Positions 37,380-49,515 of a stretch of 64,000 bases of DNA are shown here, piece after piece. The notes beneath the pieces are model-generated. The model was not told the origin of the DNA, did no database searches, and saw only the letters and a list, made by a program, of their open reading frames with translations. The translations under genes and the position numbers were made by a program. Numbering within the stretch: position 1 is the stretch's first letter; each line of letters opens with the position of its first letter. The stretch is taken from positions 7,068,001-7,132,000 of the forward strand of contig OU015568.1 in NCBI GenBank assembly GCA_907165135.1, read 5' to 3'. This DNA is from Oikopleura dioica (taxonomy: Eukaryota > Animalia > Chordata).

Positions 37380-40300
37380 TCAGCGTGCAATATTCCGAGC
37401 GCCCGAGCAGCTCAGTTGGCGATAACGGTGTGTAGTACGCTTCGACTTTTTCATAAAGTAAAATAACGCGAAAGTGAAGAATGAAGAAATAATAATGATA
37501 ACAACCAGCTTGTCAAGCTTGGGCTCTGCAAAGTCGAACCCAGGAAGGGGTACGATGTCGTAAGGCTCGGCTGGAGAAGAGGTTTTCTATTTTTTAATAG
37601 AAATCGTCCATTTTTCATTTAAAAAATGGAAGATCATTATGATCAATCGAGATTCTCTAAGAGTCTTTACATGCACGAAATTAGTTCAGTATCAATAAGT
37701 GCTGGAAATAGTCGTTTAAAAAGCATGCAATGGGCTCTGTGATCGCGAAATCGGGAAAGTCTCATGCTCCTAAAGCTTTTACGGAACGAGCTCGAATTCA
37801 AGGTTGATTCGACAAACTCAAGGCCTGGAAAATGGTTCATTAGAATTTTCTACAACACTGAGAGTTGGACATAAATTGAACCGTAACTGAGGACGAAATA
37901 AGCTTTCGCGATGCTAGTTTTCGACCAAAAGCGAGCAAATACTTCAGCACTTGGAGCTCGGTTAACAACTAAAAACGAACAACACCAAAACATAACACGA
38001 AAAGAACGAAGAAAACCGCTCCTGGGTTGCGTAATGGGCGTGAACTGGAGCGGGAACTTTTGGAGATGCACTCTTCTTCGGCGGATCCAGTGCAAATGAG
38101 GCAGTTTGGGTTGCATGGCTTGCAAATGTTGAGCGCGGCGGTGGGGGAGGCTTGCTCCTGGGTTAGGTTCGTGTCTGAGCGGTAGGTTCCGAGGGGACAG
38201 TCGGAGAAGCAGGCTTGTTGGGTTGGGTCGAAGACTTGCGCTTTTTCGGACTAAAAATTAATTGAAAAATTCGTAAAATCGAAGAAGAGAATCTCCATAC
38301 CTCGCAGAGAAGCTCGTACTGATCTTTTCCAGTTCCATGGACGATCAGTTCAAATTTATCAATCGTTCCACCAAGGTTTCCTCCGACTAAATTTTCAATC
38401 CTAATCAGCCAAGGTTTCTCCGGCGCTAGGTAAGGCCGCTCATCCCACATGTGAACGGTGAGAAAGTGAAATCCGGTAAAGCCATTCATCGACTTATCGT
38501 GCGGTCTCCTGTCGAGAATGTTGGAAACTGTGCCACTAGGAGAGACGAGCGTGATTCGCAGACTACCACGATTTGGGTAAGACAACGAAATCTTAGCCAG
38601 GACGTGCTCGGTGTAGTGGATCGCCTTGATACACTCCGAGTTGATCTGAAACTCTTCTTCGAACACGCTCGAGCTGAAGAGCATTTGCTTTCTTTTCGTA
38701 ATAACTGGAGTCGAACACTTTCTTTGTTCAGGAACAGTGGTCCAATTTGCGGCTAACGAGACTAGAGCCCCAGCGTCCATCAGACCGTACCCATAATGAT
38801 GCGAGTAATCTCTGAAAAAATGACTTGGATTCGAAGTCGAAAGTTACTGAATTTACCTGCCAGCGCCGTTGACAGCCCAGTCCGTCGTCTTCAGCAAGCG
38901 TTTCTTGGAAGTATGAACGATGAGATGTTGAACATCTCGCCAAGTTAGATTCGGGTTAGCTTCCAAAACAAGCGCTAGAATTGCTGCAGCGATCGGAGCG
39001 GATGCTGACGTACCAGTGTGACTGAAAATATTGCAAATTAAGAGTGGTATGAGTGCTTACTTTTTGGTGCAGATCTTTCTCAAGTCTGTGGTAACGATTT
39101 GTCGCTCCCCCATTCCTCCGGAAGAATAAGTGGATGCGAGAGTAGATGCGCACGCTTCAGAGTACCAGGGCACGTTTTCTTTCTCCGAGGTCGATGAAAT
39201 GCTGACGGTGTAGATTGAATTCGTATATCCGTCACAGTTGCAGTTGTCCTAGGTAAGAAAAATACGTCAAATAAACATCGTTTACAGATGTGGACTTGGC
39301 TGGGCAGCCCAGGTAGCCCGCAGCTAGCTGGAAAGAGCGGCAAACTATATCTACGTTTGTGGAAAAAATCATCTGGCAATCATCTTTGTATATAAATTGT
39401 AACACACCTGGTATCGGCCTCCGTTGCCAGATGCCCAGACAAAGATGCTTCCTTTTCCTTTACGTCCGTCCATTGCGCCTGTGTGAAAGGCTGTGCGCGC
39501 TGCTCGATCTGGTCCATCGACCTAAGGGAATCATAAAATATCATTTAACGCCCGGATTACTGTTTCGCCGTCATCATCAGGCCCCCAGCTTGCGGAATAA
39601 ATGTCCACGTACTGCGGATTATGACCAATCGACTGCCCTTCAACCAAATCGGTTACATCTCCGTCCAGCATTCTGATCCCCCCAATTTTCGCGTTATAAG
39701 CAATTCCAGGGATGCAAACTCCATTGCCAAACTCACCGGCAACTTCTCCAGCGCATCGAGTCCCGTGACGATTACTTTCCTTCTTGTAGCCAATAACTTG
39801 CTCTGTCAGACGATAACGAGTTTCCGTCGGATTTCGGTAGGAATTTACGTCGGTGAAGTTGATACGCGAGTTTTCACTGTTGTACTGAGGCATTGGGTCA
39901 TCGTCTCCGCCGTTGATATCACGTGAGGCTTTTGCATCATAATTTTTGATCAAGTCCGGATGGTCCCGTTCGATCCCATCATCCAGGAGAGTGACTACTA
40001 CTCCTTGACCAGTGTATCCTTTTCCGACGGTTTTGAATCTAAATGATTAGTCGCCAAACTCGTGATGGAAGAAAGAATTAACGGATTCCTTTCATTTACT
40101 GAAAAATGACCGTTTTAAACCGTTTCCTAGGGCCCACGCTCCGGTGACATTCATATGTCGGATATCGCTGTCTACATTCGTAACTGCGTTTTCGTTTCTG
40201 TCCTCAAAGTCCGGGTTCATGTACCACATGTATTCGTACAGCGGATCATTGGGAGAAAAGTCAGTGTCGAGGAGGTCCCGCTTCACGCGTTTTTTCACTC

Positions 40301-40771
40301 GTTGCTGATCGATTCCAAGCACATTTGGCTCCTTGCCGATTGGGGATGTGGATAAATCAACTGCGATAGGATTTTTAAAAGCATAGAAGAAAAACTCCTT
40401 TTTTAGTTTGAAATCCGAAGCTTGAGAAAATTCGCCAGTTGCGGATCGCTTTAACCGTCGCTTACGCAGATGAAAAATATTTCCAACGACATGTCCGAGA
40501 TAATCGAATCCATGTTTCTCGGCCAAGTTCTTTGCGATTTCTTCAGCCGCTTCAGCTCCGTTTTCCGGGTTGATTTCGATGGCGAACGAGTTTGTTAGCT
40601 TCCCGTGAAGGAGGCTTATGTTGAGTTGAAACAGAAAAACCTGAAATTGAATAAATCGAAATTGCCAATATATCGTGTTAAAGATTGAAATCTATGTAAT
40701 CAGCAAAATCAATTATAAACTTGGTCTCATGAACATGTTTTTAACATCGAAAATGACCGGACTTGAGGCAT
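37380..40771 (-). CDS. FURIN: Furin-like proprotein convertase (prodomain, subtilase, P domain, Cys-rich region, TM, YRQL tail); 5' end tentative
   Basis: RVKR maturation site; catalytic motifs [14 protein letters not shown] and GTSASAP; oxyanion WASGNGG; YGYGLMDAG; [11 protein letters not shown]; [19 protein letters not shown] followed by YRQL. Confidence 0.9.
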
Positions 40772-41583
40772 GTTTCGAGTGATAACTTCCAAGTTCGAGA
40801 AGGATTAATCGAATTTATTATCCTGTAGTGGGGTTTTCGACTTACCCATTTCATAATAATTCTGTGTTTACGTCTCTGGTCTTGAATTTGTCATTTGGCG
40901 GTCCGATCCCAGTCACTAATCTGAACGAGTATTTGCTTGCTATTTGTTTACTCGCGAAGAAATTTATCCAGAGGGAGAATTTTTCAATTCCATTTGTCTA
41001 TGACCTTTTGAATGAGAATGAGAGCGGTTGGATTTCCGTGGGTAAATGAGAGACTTTATCTTATCTCCAAAAAAGATACTGCTTTTACGGGTTGGTCGTT
41101 CTAGGGTTATTTTCAAGAGGGATAAGATTCCGACGGAATTTAACCTGAATTATGTAAGGGAGATAAAGGAGAAGGCAAAGTTAATTATTGATAGACTGAA
41201 TAGAATATTAGATATTTGAGTTTTAAATTTACTGTTGTTTAAGTTTGATCATTTTTTAATAAGAAACATGCAATAACGAGCAATTAGCAGGAACTGACGA
41301 AAATAATGAACAGGCAATGTGGCTAATTTCGTCAAAAACGATCAAATAAGGGCCAAAAATCGCTAAAAATAGCAAAATCACAGGAAAATAATGGTGAAAG
41401 GAATGTTTTTCTACAATCCTATTCTGTATTATGAAGAAGATTAATTGAAGATTTTCTTCGAATAAATCATTTTCTTATTAAAATTCTCTCAAGGAAGTTC
41501 TCTTTTTTAGAAATCCAGGACTAGAACTGAGAAAATTGTAGTTAAAATTTGGCGGTTGGCGGTGAAATTTAGTGCATGAAATC

Positions 41584-41712
41584 GATTGGCGCGCGAAAAG
41601 TGAATAATTTTAGGGGATTTTGGAGGCGGAGGAGAAAAGTGGAACTGGAGCGAGGGCGCAGCGCCAAAAGGATCGATCCAGCCAGATTGGCCACGGACCC
41701 ACGCAGCCAATA
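41584..41712 (+). promoter_or_regulatory. Geminin promoter: E2F-type site overlapping a CCAAT box, plus two more CCAAT boxes
   Basis: GATTGGCGCGCGAAAA at 41584-41599; further ATTGG/CCAAT near 41686 and 41708. Typical of G1/S promoters. Confidence 0.6.
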
Positions 41713-41788
41713 GAAATTCCCAAAACTGGAAAAACGCGAAGAAAGAATTATTCACCAAGTTTTATTATATTTACTCGAGGGCGGGGAG

Positions 41789-42451
41789 ATGAATAAGCAG
41801 AAGAGAATCACAGGTGAGAAGAAAAATGGAAAATTATTTTTTTGAGAAAAATAACTAGAGAAAGATTTTAGCGTCATTTTCTTCAAAGAAAGTTTCAGTA
41901 ATAGCCAAATTTTCGATTTTTCTTGAATTTTCTTTTCGATTTTCGGCCTGATTTGGCTTTTTGAGCAAAAAAAAACGCGAATTTAACCAATTTTGATCAA
42001 ATTTGGGCAAAATTGATTGAATTTGGTCTTTTATTTGGCTCAAAAAGCCATATACGACCGAAAATCGCAAAGAAAACTCGAGAGATAAATTTTCTTTATT
42101 GAAAATTACGATTTATCTTCGTTCTTCATTATTTTTTTGAATTTTGATAAATTCTCATTTCCCTTTTTAGATTTCGCGATAAAGAAGCCAAAGCCTTCCA
42201 CTCCCGATCTGACTTCTACTGAAGCAAATGAAGCCTACTGGAAAGAACTGGCAAGCGAGCGGGAAAAAGCGCTGAACGAAACTTTGGAAGAAAACGAAGA
42301 TCTGAAAGAGCTGCTGGAAACAATCAACGACGACGTTTCCGGTCTTGAGAAAGAAAACGACACGCTAAAGGAAGAGAATGAAATAATGCTCGAAAAGGCG
42401 AATCGTTTGGAGAGCCTTACAGAGACGCTCAACGAAATTATCAACGAGTGA
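41789..42451 (+). CDS. GMNN: Geminin, 101 aa (exons 41789-41813 and 42171-42451)
   Basis: DLTSTEANEAYWKELASEREKALNETLEENEDL matches the geminin coiled coil. No C-terminal TIRT domain, so not GEMC1 or MCIDAS. Confidence 0.85.
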
Positions 42452-42618
42452 AAAATAGAAGAAAAGAAGAAGACTTTCTTGATTCCAAAATAGCCCAGTT
42501 TTGTTTTGTTTTTGCACTGCCAACAGTGGAGTTCTTGTTTTATAGAGAAAAAGTTGTGAATAATTTCTTCCGTTTTTAGACTGCGTCGACTGACCATAGT
42601 CCGTAGTTACCAACAACC

Positions 42619-44005
42619 ATGGCTGCCACTGCTCTTCAATCCCAATTCAGTAAGTTCTCCCCTTCATCTCATTTTTCTATTCTCTTCGTTCTTTAGGCAC
42701 TCGCCCAATTTCCTGCTTTTCCTTCAACGCCGATCGTTCAAAAGTTGCACTGTCGCTGAATGATCCTGTCATCTACATTTTCAAACATACTGGTGCCGGA
42801 AAATGGGCGAAGGTAAAACTCTTTTCTCAAAAAATAATAGCTTCTTATTGTAATTTTAGACCGATGAGCTGCGAGAACATACTGGCAAAGTTACAGGAGT
42901 CAGCTGGGCGCCCAAATCCAACCAGATCGTTTCTTGCGGCGCTGATCGAAACGCTTATGTTTGGAAGCAAAATAACGGTAATTCACTTTGATGGAAAGAG
43001 ATTGAAAGAAAGCCGTGCTGTTTCCGCAGCATCTTGAGCATCCTTGTTCCTTCTTTAACTTCCTCGTTATTACGTAAACACGTAAATAATACGTTCACGT
43101 GCTGATCAGAGCCTTACTCGTGACATTCAGAAGGAGTATGGAAACAAGTGATGGTTCTGATCCGAGTCCAGCGAGGCGCCATTACCGTAAAATGGTCGCC
43201 CCAAGAAAACAAGTTCGCGATCGGAACGGCCGCCCGTCTCATTTCTATCTGCTACTACGAAGCGAGCAACGACTGGTGGGTCTGCAAACACATCAAAAAG
43301 CCGATCCGGTAAGTCATTTCACATATCTCCTCTTCTACAATCATCAGATCATCTGTTCTCTCACTCTCCTGGCATCCAAACAACATTCTCCTGGCCGCAG
43401 GAACGTCGGATTTCAAATGCCGCGTCTTCTCAACTTATCTCAAAGAGATCGAAGAAAAGCCAGCGGCAACGAGCTGGGGAAAGAAAATGTCCTTCGCGAA
43501 TCTGATGGGCGAGTTCGGCACTGGCGTCGGCGGCTGGATTCATGGCTGTTCTTTCAGCGACGATGGTGAGCGACTCGCATTTATTGGCCACGATTCTACC
43601 GTGTCCTTCGTCCAAGGAGGGATGGAATCGTCGATCGCCACGAAGACCCAGTTCTTACCCTTTACCGACTGCACTTGGATCTCGCCAAATGCTGTGGTCG
43701 CCGTTGGATTTGACTGCAATCCGATGGTTTTCAACTTGCAAGGACCTGGATTCTTCTTCTCCAACAAGTGCGACGACTCGGACAAGAAAAGCGGCGGCTC
43801 AGTTCTTTCAGGCCGCGCCATGTTCCAAGCAATGGACCGAATGGCCTCTTCTACCAGCTCCGAAACGATCAAGACGAAGCACAAGAACACCATTCTCTCC
43901 GTCTCCCGAACCGCCGACGGTTTCGCTACTGGCGGCGCTGATGGCCAAATCATTCAGTGGAATGTCAACGCCCTCGCTTCGAAATTCTCGTCTATGAAGC
44001 TCTAA
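42619..44005 (+). CDS. ARPC1: Arp2/3 complex subunit 1 (p41-Arc), WD40
   Basis: [86 protein letters not shown]. Confidence 0.95.
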
Positions 44006-44184
44006 TTTCTTCCCTCCTTCTTCTCTCATTCCCGAAATCAAAATTCTGCAATCAAGAAGAAAAAACATCCTGTTTTCAACATGTTTTCTCCAAAAATAAA
44101 TTGACCTAAAATAAACGTATGAAAACCCAAAACATTTATAATCGTGGCCGCGGCTATTTCTGTCGCTGGCCACGATGGTCTCTC

Positions 44185-44240
44185 ACCGAGCGCAGCTGTG
44201 ACTCAGGCAAGCAAGAAAAGGTGGCAAGCAGTTGACTAGG
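44185..44240 (+). promoter_or_regulatory. Paired E-boxes upstream of the myomesin-like gene
   Basis: GCAGCTG near 44192 and GCAGTTG near 44228, 60-110 bp before the ATG; these are MRF-type E-boxes. Confidence 0.4.
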
Positions 44241-44297
44241 TAGGAGGCAGCGACCTGTAGGATGATAACGTTGGGTTAAGTTAGTCCCTCAGAGATC

Positions 44298-47200
44298 ATG
44301 CCACGACAGTTTGGGTAAGTTTTTTCCGTTAGAATTTGATTTGAGAGCAAAAAATAGCCCGACATTGATAAAAAAATAAATTATTAGTTCTCTGACCCCG
44401 GCTAAGGGAGGGGTCATCGACTATAAAAAGAGGGATCACTCGTCCCGAGCAGCAGCTCAGGACAGGAGATTCGGGGAAACAACTATCGCAGGCGCCGGCG
44501 CATTCGATTCCAAAGCACCAATGTCCATTGTTTCTCTTCCTCTGAATCTTCGAGGCTCCGCTGCTAGGTAAACTTCTTCCCAATATTCCTCATCGCAATT
44601 TTCAGGGCTGTCCCCGTCGAGGGCACTGCCGATATCGGCAGCGATGGCGTCGTCGACATCCGCCTCAAGGGATCTCTTGGAGCTTTCCAGAGCCAGGATC
44701 GAGCCGCTTCTCGCGCTGCTGAGGCTCTTGAGCCAGTTGTGCCACACTACTTGAACATCACTCAACAGTACAACCGACCCAAATCATCCGAGCCTGGACA
44801 GAAATTCTACACCTGGGCCGGCAAAGGGAAGACCCCTGAGCCGACTCGACTGGGTCGATACGACATCCCAACTGGCAACTCAAACGTTATTCCAGATCTT
44901 GCTGAACACCAGGGAGATATCAAGGATGTTGCTTCTTACATTGCTAATCGAAAGGCTTACCCAAGCTACGATGAAGAAGACACCAAGCCTACTCAGTACA
45001 AGATGCGAACTCGACGACGAAAAGCTGAGGGCGCTGGTTCTGAGGGCCCTCTTGCGAAGGATCAGCCAGCTGCGGAACCGAAAGAAGATGCTCTTTACGA
45101 GCCAGTTACAATCAAATATCTTGCTCCAAAACCACCAGTGTTCGAACACGGTATTCGATCGCACACCATTTGGGAGAATATGACTGTGAAGTTTACTTGC
45201 CGTGTTGATGGTAGACCTACCCCATCTGTCACCTGGTACCACAACATGATCCCAATTCAGCCAGAGCTTCATGCTGCTGGAAAGTATAAGATCACTGAGC
45301 GAAATGGCGTCAATACTCTTGAAGTTTCTCGATGCCAGATTGCTGATGCTGGAACTTATCGAGTTTCTGTTCAGAACTTCAAGGGTGAACTTTCTAGCTA
45401 TGCTACTCTTGTTGTCAAACGATACGATGGTGGTCGATATGGCTACTACGACATCAAGTCTGGTTACAACATCAAAAAGCCTACAGACTACCCAGATGTT
45501 CAAGAACTCAATGTTCCTGGATACCCACGATTTGCTACCAAACTTTACAATCAATCTGTCTGGGAAGGCGATGCGATTACCTTTGCTTGCCATGTCGAAG
45601 GAAAACCCCCACCAAATGTCTTCTGGACTTTGAACGGGAAGTCGATCGAAACTGAACCCGAGCGTGTCCGAGTCTCTTTTGATGGCATCAAAGCCACCGT
45701 CTCGATTCTCCGAGCTTTCACTGACTACGAGGGTGAATGGTGCTGCCGAGCTTACAATAGCTGCGGTGCTGCTGTTTCCAAGATGTTCCTCTACGTCAGA
45801 GGCCGACATGGTCCGCCATCTGCACCAACCAATCTCGATGTTGTCGAAACTACTCGAGACCATATCATGCTTACCTGGAAACGACCTGGCTACATTGGTC
45901 ACTTTGGCGGTGCTGAAGTCGATGGCTACATCATTGAGTACGCAGCTGCTGGTTCTGCTTTGTGGACTCAGCTCTCTACCAAGCTCATCTCTCTTATGCG
46001 ATACCCAGTCACTGGCCTCGAAGAAGGAACTGCATATTTTTTCCGAGTAAGATCCGTCAACCGATGGGGTAAGTCTCAGTGGTGCAAAGCCATCGGGCCA
46101 GTCGCCTGTCGAGACACCGGTGCTGCCAGATGCGCTGCTGAAATCGCTGAGGATAAATTTTCCTTGATGCCTCCAGAGGCTGGAGATATTCAAGTTTATG
46201 AGGAAGAAGAGCCAGCTGTACCGGAAATTCCTGAAAACGTTCGGGTTCACTCCACTACTCTCGATGGAACCATCTGCGTTGCCTTTGACGCTGTCGAGGG
46301 CGATGTTGACGGCTACTTTGTCGAATATGCTCTTGCTAAGAAGAATGAATGGAGCACCTTCAATTCTGCTCCAATCAAGGTTGCTGGAGAGCCTTACCCT
46401 ATTTCCGGATTGGAACTCGGAAAGCAATTCCAGTTCCGAGTTCGAGCAAAGAATCACTACGGATTTTCTGAGTCCTCCTTGCCCACGGAAATTGTCTGGT
46501 GCGGTGAGCCACAGGAAGTGGAAGACGAAGAACAGGATGAAGAGCGAGAGGATTCTGGTTCTGATGAGGCTCAGGTTATCTCTGCCGATGCTCCAAAGTG
46601 CTATTCCGTTTGCACAGATGGTACTGACTTTGAAGGTCGATACCGAGGTCCTCCTACTCCTCCTAGATCCGTCAACTGGGCTAAAGCTACTCGAGAGTAT
46701 GTTGAAGTCACATGGGCTCCACCAGGGAAATCTGGAGGTGAACAAGTCGCCTACTACTTGGAGAAGCAAAAGCTCGGTTCTGGTGTCTGGGAATTCTGCA
46801 ACGAGAAGGCGATCGCCATGAACCACTACATCGTGAACGAGCTTGATATGGGCGAGAAATACATTTTCCGAGTCCGAGCTGTGAACTCCAAGGGTTCGTC
46901 TGGATTTTCCGAGCCATCTGAGCCAGTGATTGCTTATGATGGAATTCGTCCCCCAGCTTGGTACGGAAACGCCTTGTCTTTCTTCCGTGTCTCGCGATTT
47001 GATGGAAAACCTGATGTTACCAAAACCTCCGTCAAAGTTTCCTGGGACGAGCCTCAGAGAGATGGCGGCGCGCCAATCATCGGATACTATCTCGAAGTTC
47101 GAGAATACGGTGGCAAGTGGAAGCAAGTCAACAACAAAGCATTTACTCAGCGACACTTCACCGTTGACGGTCTTACTCCTCAGCGATACTACCAGTTCCG

Positions 47201-49515
47201 AGTCAAGGCTGCCAACATTGTCGGTTGTGGTGCTTACATTAACCTTCCAGGCCGAGTTTGGACTGATGATCCAGCTGCTCCTGGACCCGCTGATTGGCTC
47301 GAATTCACTGGCATCGGTGAAGATTGGGTTGAACTCAAGTGGGAAGCCTCCAAGGATCTCGGCGACGGCGATTTCAAAGGATACGTTGTTGAAAAATGCA
47401 AAGAAGGCACTGATCTCTGGATTCCAGTCAATTCTCCTGAAATGGCTGCTGACTGCAAGTACAAGGTCAATGGCCTTGTGCCTGGTCAAACTTACTTCTT
47501 CCGCGTTCGAGGAGTCTCTACTGTCGGCGAAGGTGTTCCAAGCAACCCATCTTGCTACGCTACTCCCGGTGTTGACACTCTTCAGGACCTGATCGACCGA
47601 CAGAATGCCATGTACGCCGAGCGACGACGACTTGAGGAGCTTGAAAGACAGCGACTTCGGGATCTTGAAGAGCTCGAGCGACAGATGCCATTCCTTCGAG
47701 AAATCCAGGACCAATGGATGAACACCGGCGACCGAGCTTTCTTCCTCTGCGAAGTCAAGGATCAGACCACCGAAGTTGATTGGTATCTCGGAAACTGGAA
47801 GGAGACTAAGATCGAGCCAACTGGCAAGTTCCACATCATCTCTGCTGGTCGAATTCGAATGCTCATCATCGACAAGGTCACAAACGAAGATCCTTGCATC
47901 GTCCACTGCGTCTGCCGATACAATGGATTCTGCTCGACTGCCGATCTTTGCGTTGATGGAATTGCTCCCGTCCGTTTCGTCAAGTACTTCGGCGACACCT
48001 TTGCCAACAAGGGCGATACCGTCGTTCTCCACTGCAACTTGTCCAAGCACTGCGCTGTTGTCAAGTGGAAGAAGATCACTGCTCAAGGTGAAATCGAAAT
48101 CACCGAGGAAGACATCAAGGATGGCAAATACGAAGTTGTCAGCCAAGGTGGCGCTCGATCCCTCATCATCCACGATATTCAGTACGAGGATATCGCTCAG
48201 GTAAAAACATTCAATTTAATTAAATCTTACAGGTTTGTAGTACTACTGCGGCGGTTTCGGTGGAGAAATCACTGCTAACGTCTGCGTTGACGGCATGGTC
48301 CCCATTTTCTTCGACAAGTACATCGAAGACGAGATCGATGTTCCATACACCGCCGAATACGTCGAATTCCGATGTGTTGTCAAGCTCAATCCCGTCAATA
48401 TGTGGGCTCAGCCTCACTTCCAGGTCTTTTTGAAAATGTGTTCTAGTAGACTAAACCTTTTTTAGTGGTTCCTCAACGGCGAAGAACTCGACCCCGACAA
48501 CGAACGAGTCGAAATCGTCTCTGTTGGCTGCGTTCGATCCCTCCGACTCTACTGCCCACGATACCAAGATTCTGGAGAGGTACAATTAATAATCTCCTTG
48601 TTTCTTTCATCCATATTTTCAGGTCACTGCCTACAATCCTGGTGGACAATGTACTGCCAAACTGGAAGTCCAGCCTCCTCCACCACCTCCACCACCACCA
48701 ATGCCACCAATGGAGGTAATCAAAGTCCTCCTTGTCTCACTCCTAACACTCTTTTAAAGGATATGGTCCTCAACTTCCGACAGCCTGTTATTCCCGAACA
48801 GCTCGTCGGTGGCTGCCGACTCTTCTGTGTCATCTCCAACCTCTCGGAAGATACCAGCGTGTCGTGGCTCAAGAACGCCAAGCCCCTCAAACAGGCCGAC
48901 AAATACGAAGTCGAGATCACGTAAGAATTGATTTTACAAACATCAAACAAGCATGAAATTCAGCCCCTCGACTGGTGTCGTCGCTCTTACCATCAACCCT
49001 CTCACCGAAATGGACATGGGCCGATACACCGCTTCCTTCACCACTCCACTCGGAATGTTTGACACCAAGGTCCACTACGACTTCACTGGCTCTTGTAAGA
49101 CTCTTTATCAGGGACAAAATGATAGTCATAAATTTTAGCATTCGATTCCATCTTCTACGCTTCGCAGAAATTGAAGGAAGAAGAAGAGAACCGAGAGGCT
49201 CTTCTCGATGCTGCCCGGGTAAGATCAAGCCTAATCACATGAAGCTAAAATAATTGATAGCAACGAGAACTCGCCGAACAGCAGGCCGCCCTCCAAGCCG
49301 AAATCGATGCTGCCAACACTGAGGCTGATGCCGAGGCCGAAGGCGAATCTGGCGAGGTCCCCGGCATTGAAGAAGCTGAAGCCGCCCCTGCTGAAGAAGC
49401 TTCCCCCGCTGAAGAGGCCGCTCCCGCTGAGGATGCTGCCCCTGTCGAGGAAGCTGCTCCCGCTGCTGAGGAAGTTGCCCAAGAAGAAGCTGCTGTCGAG
49501 CAAGCTGCTGAGTAA
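44298..49515 (+). CDS. MYOM: Myomesin-like M-band protein: head, 2 Ig, 5 Fn3, helix, 4 Ig, helix, Ala/Glu/Pro-rich tail
   Basis: The first Ig (PVFEHGIRSHTIWE...SSYATLVVKRY) matches myomesin My2. Five Fn3 domains follow two Ig domains, as in myomesin. The last Ig plus helix resembles My12-H12. Confidence 0.8.

Noticed and set aside
44104-44116. MEF2-like CTAAAATAAA upstream of myomesin
   Set aside because: Does not fit YTA(W)4TAR.
44880-48173. 1097-aa ORF on the minus strand
   Set aside because: Antisense shadow of the myomesin-like exon caused by codon bias; no domain motifs or splice logic of its own.
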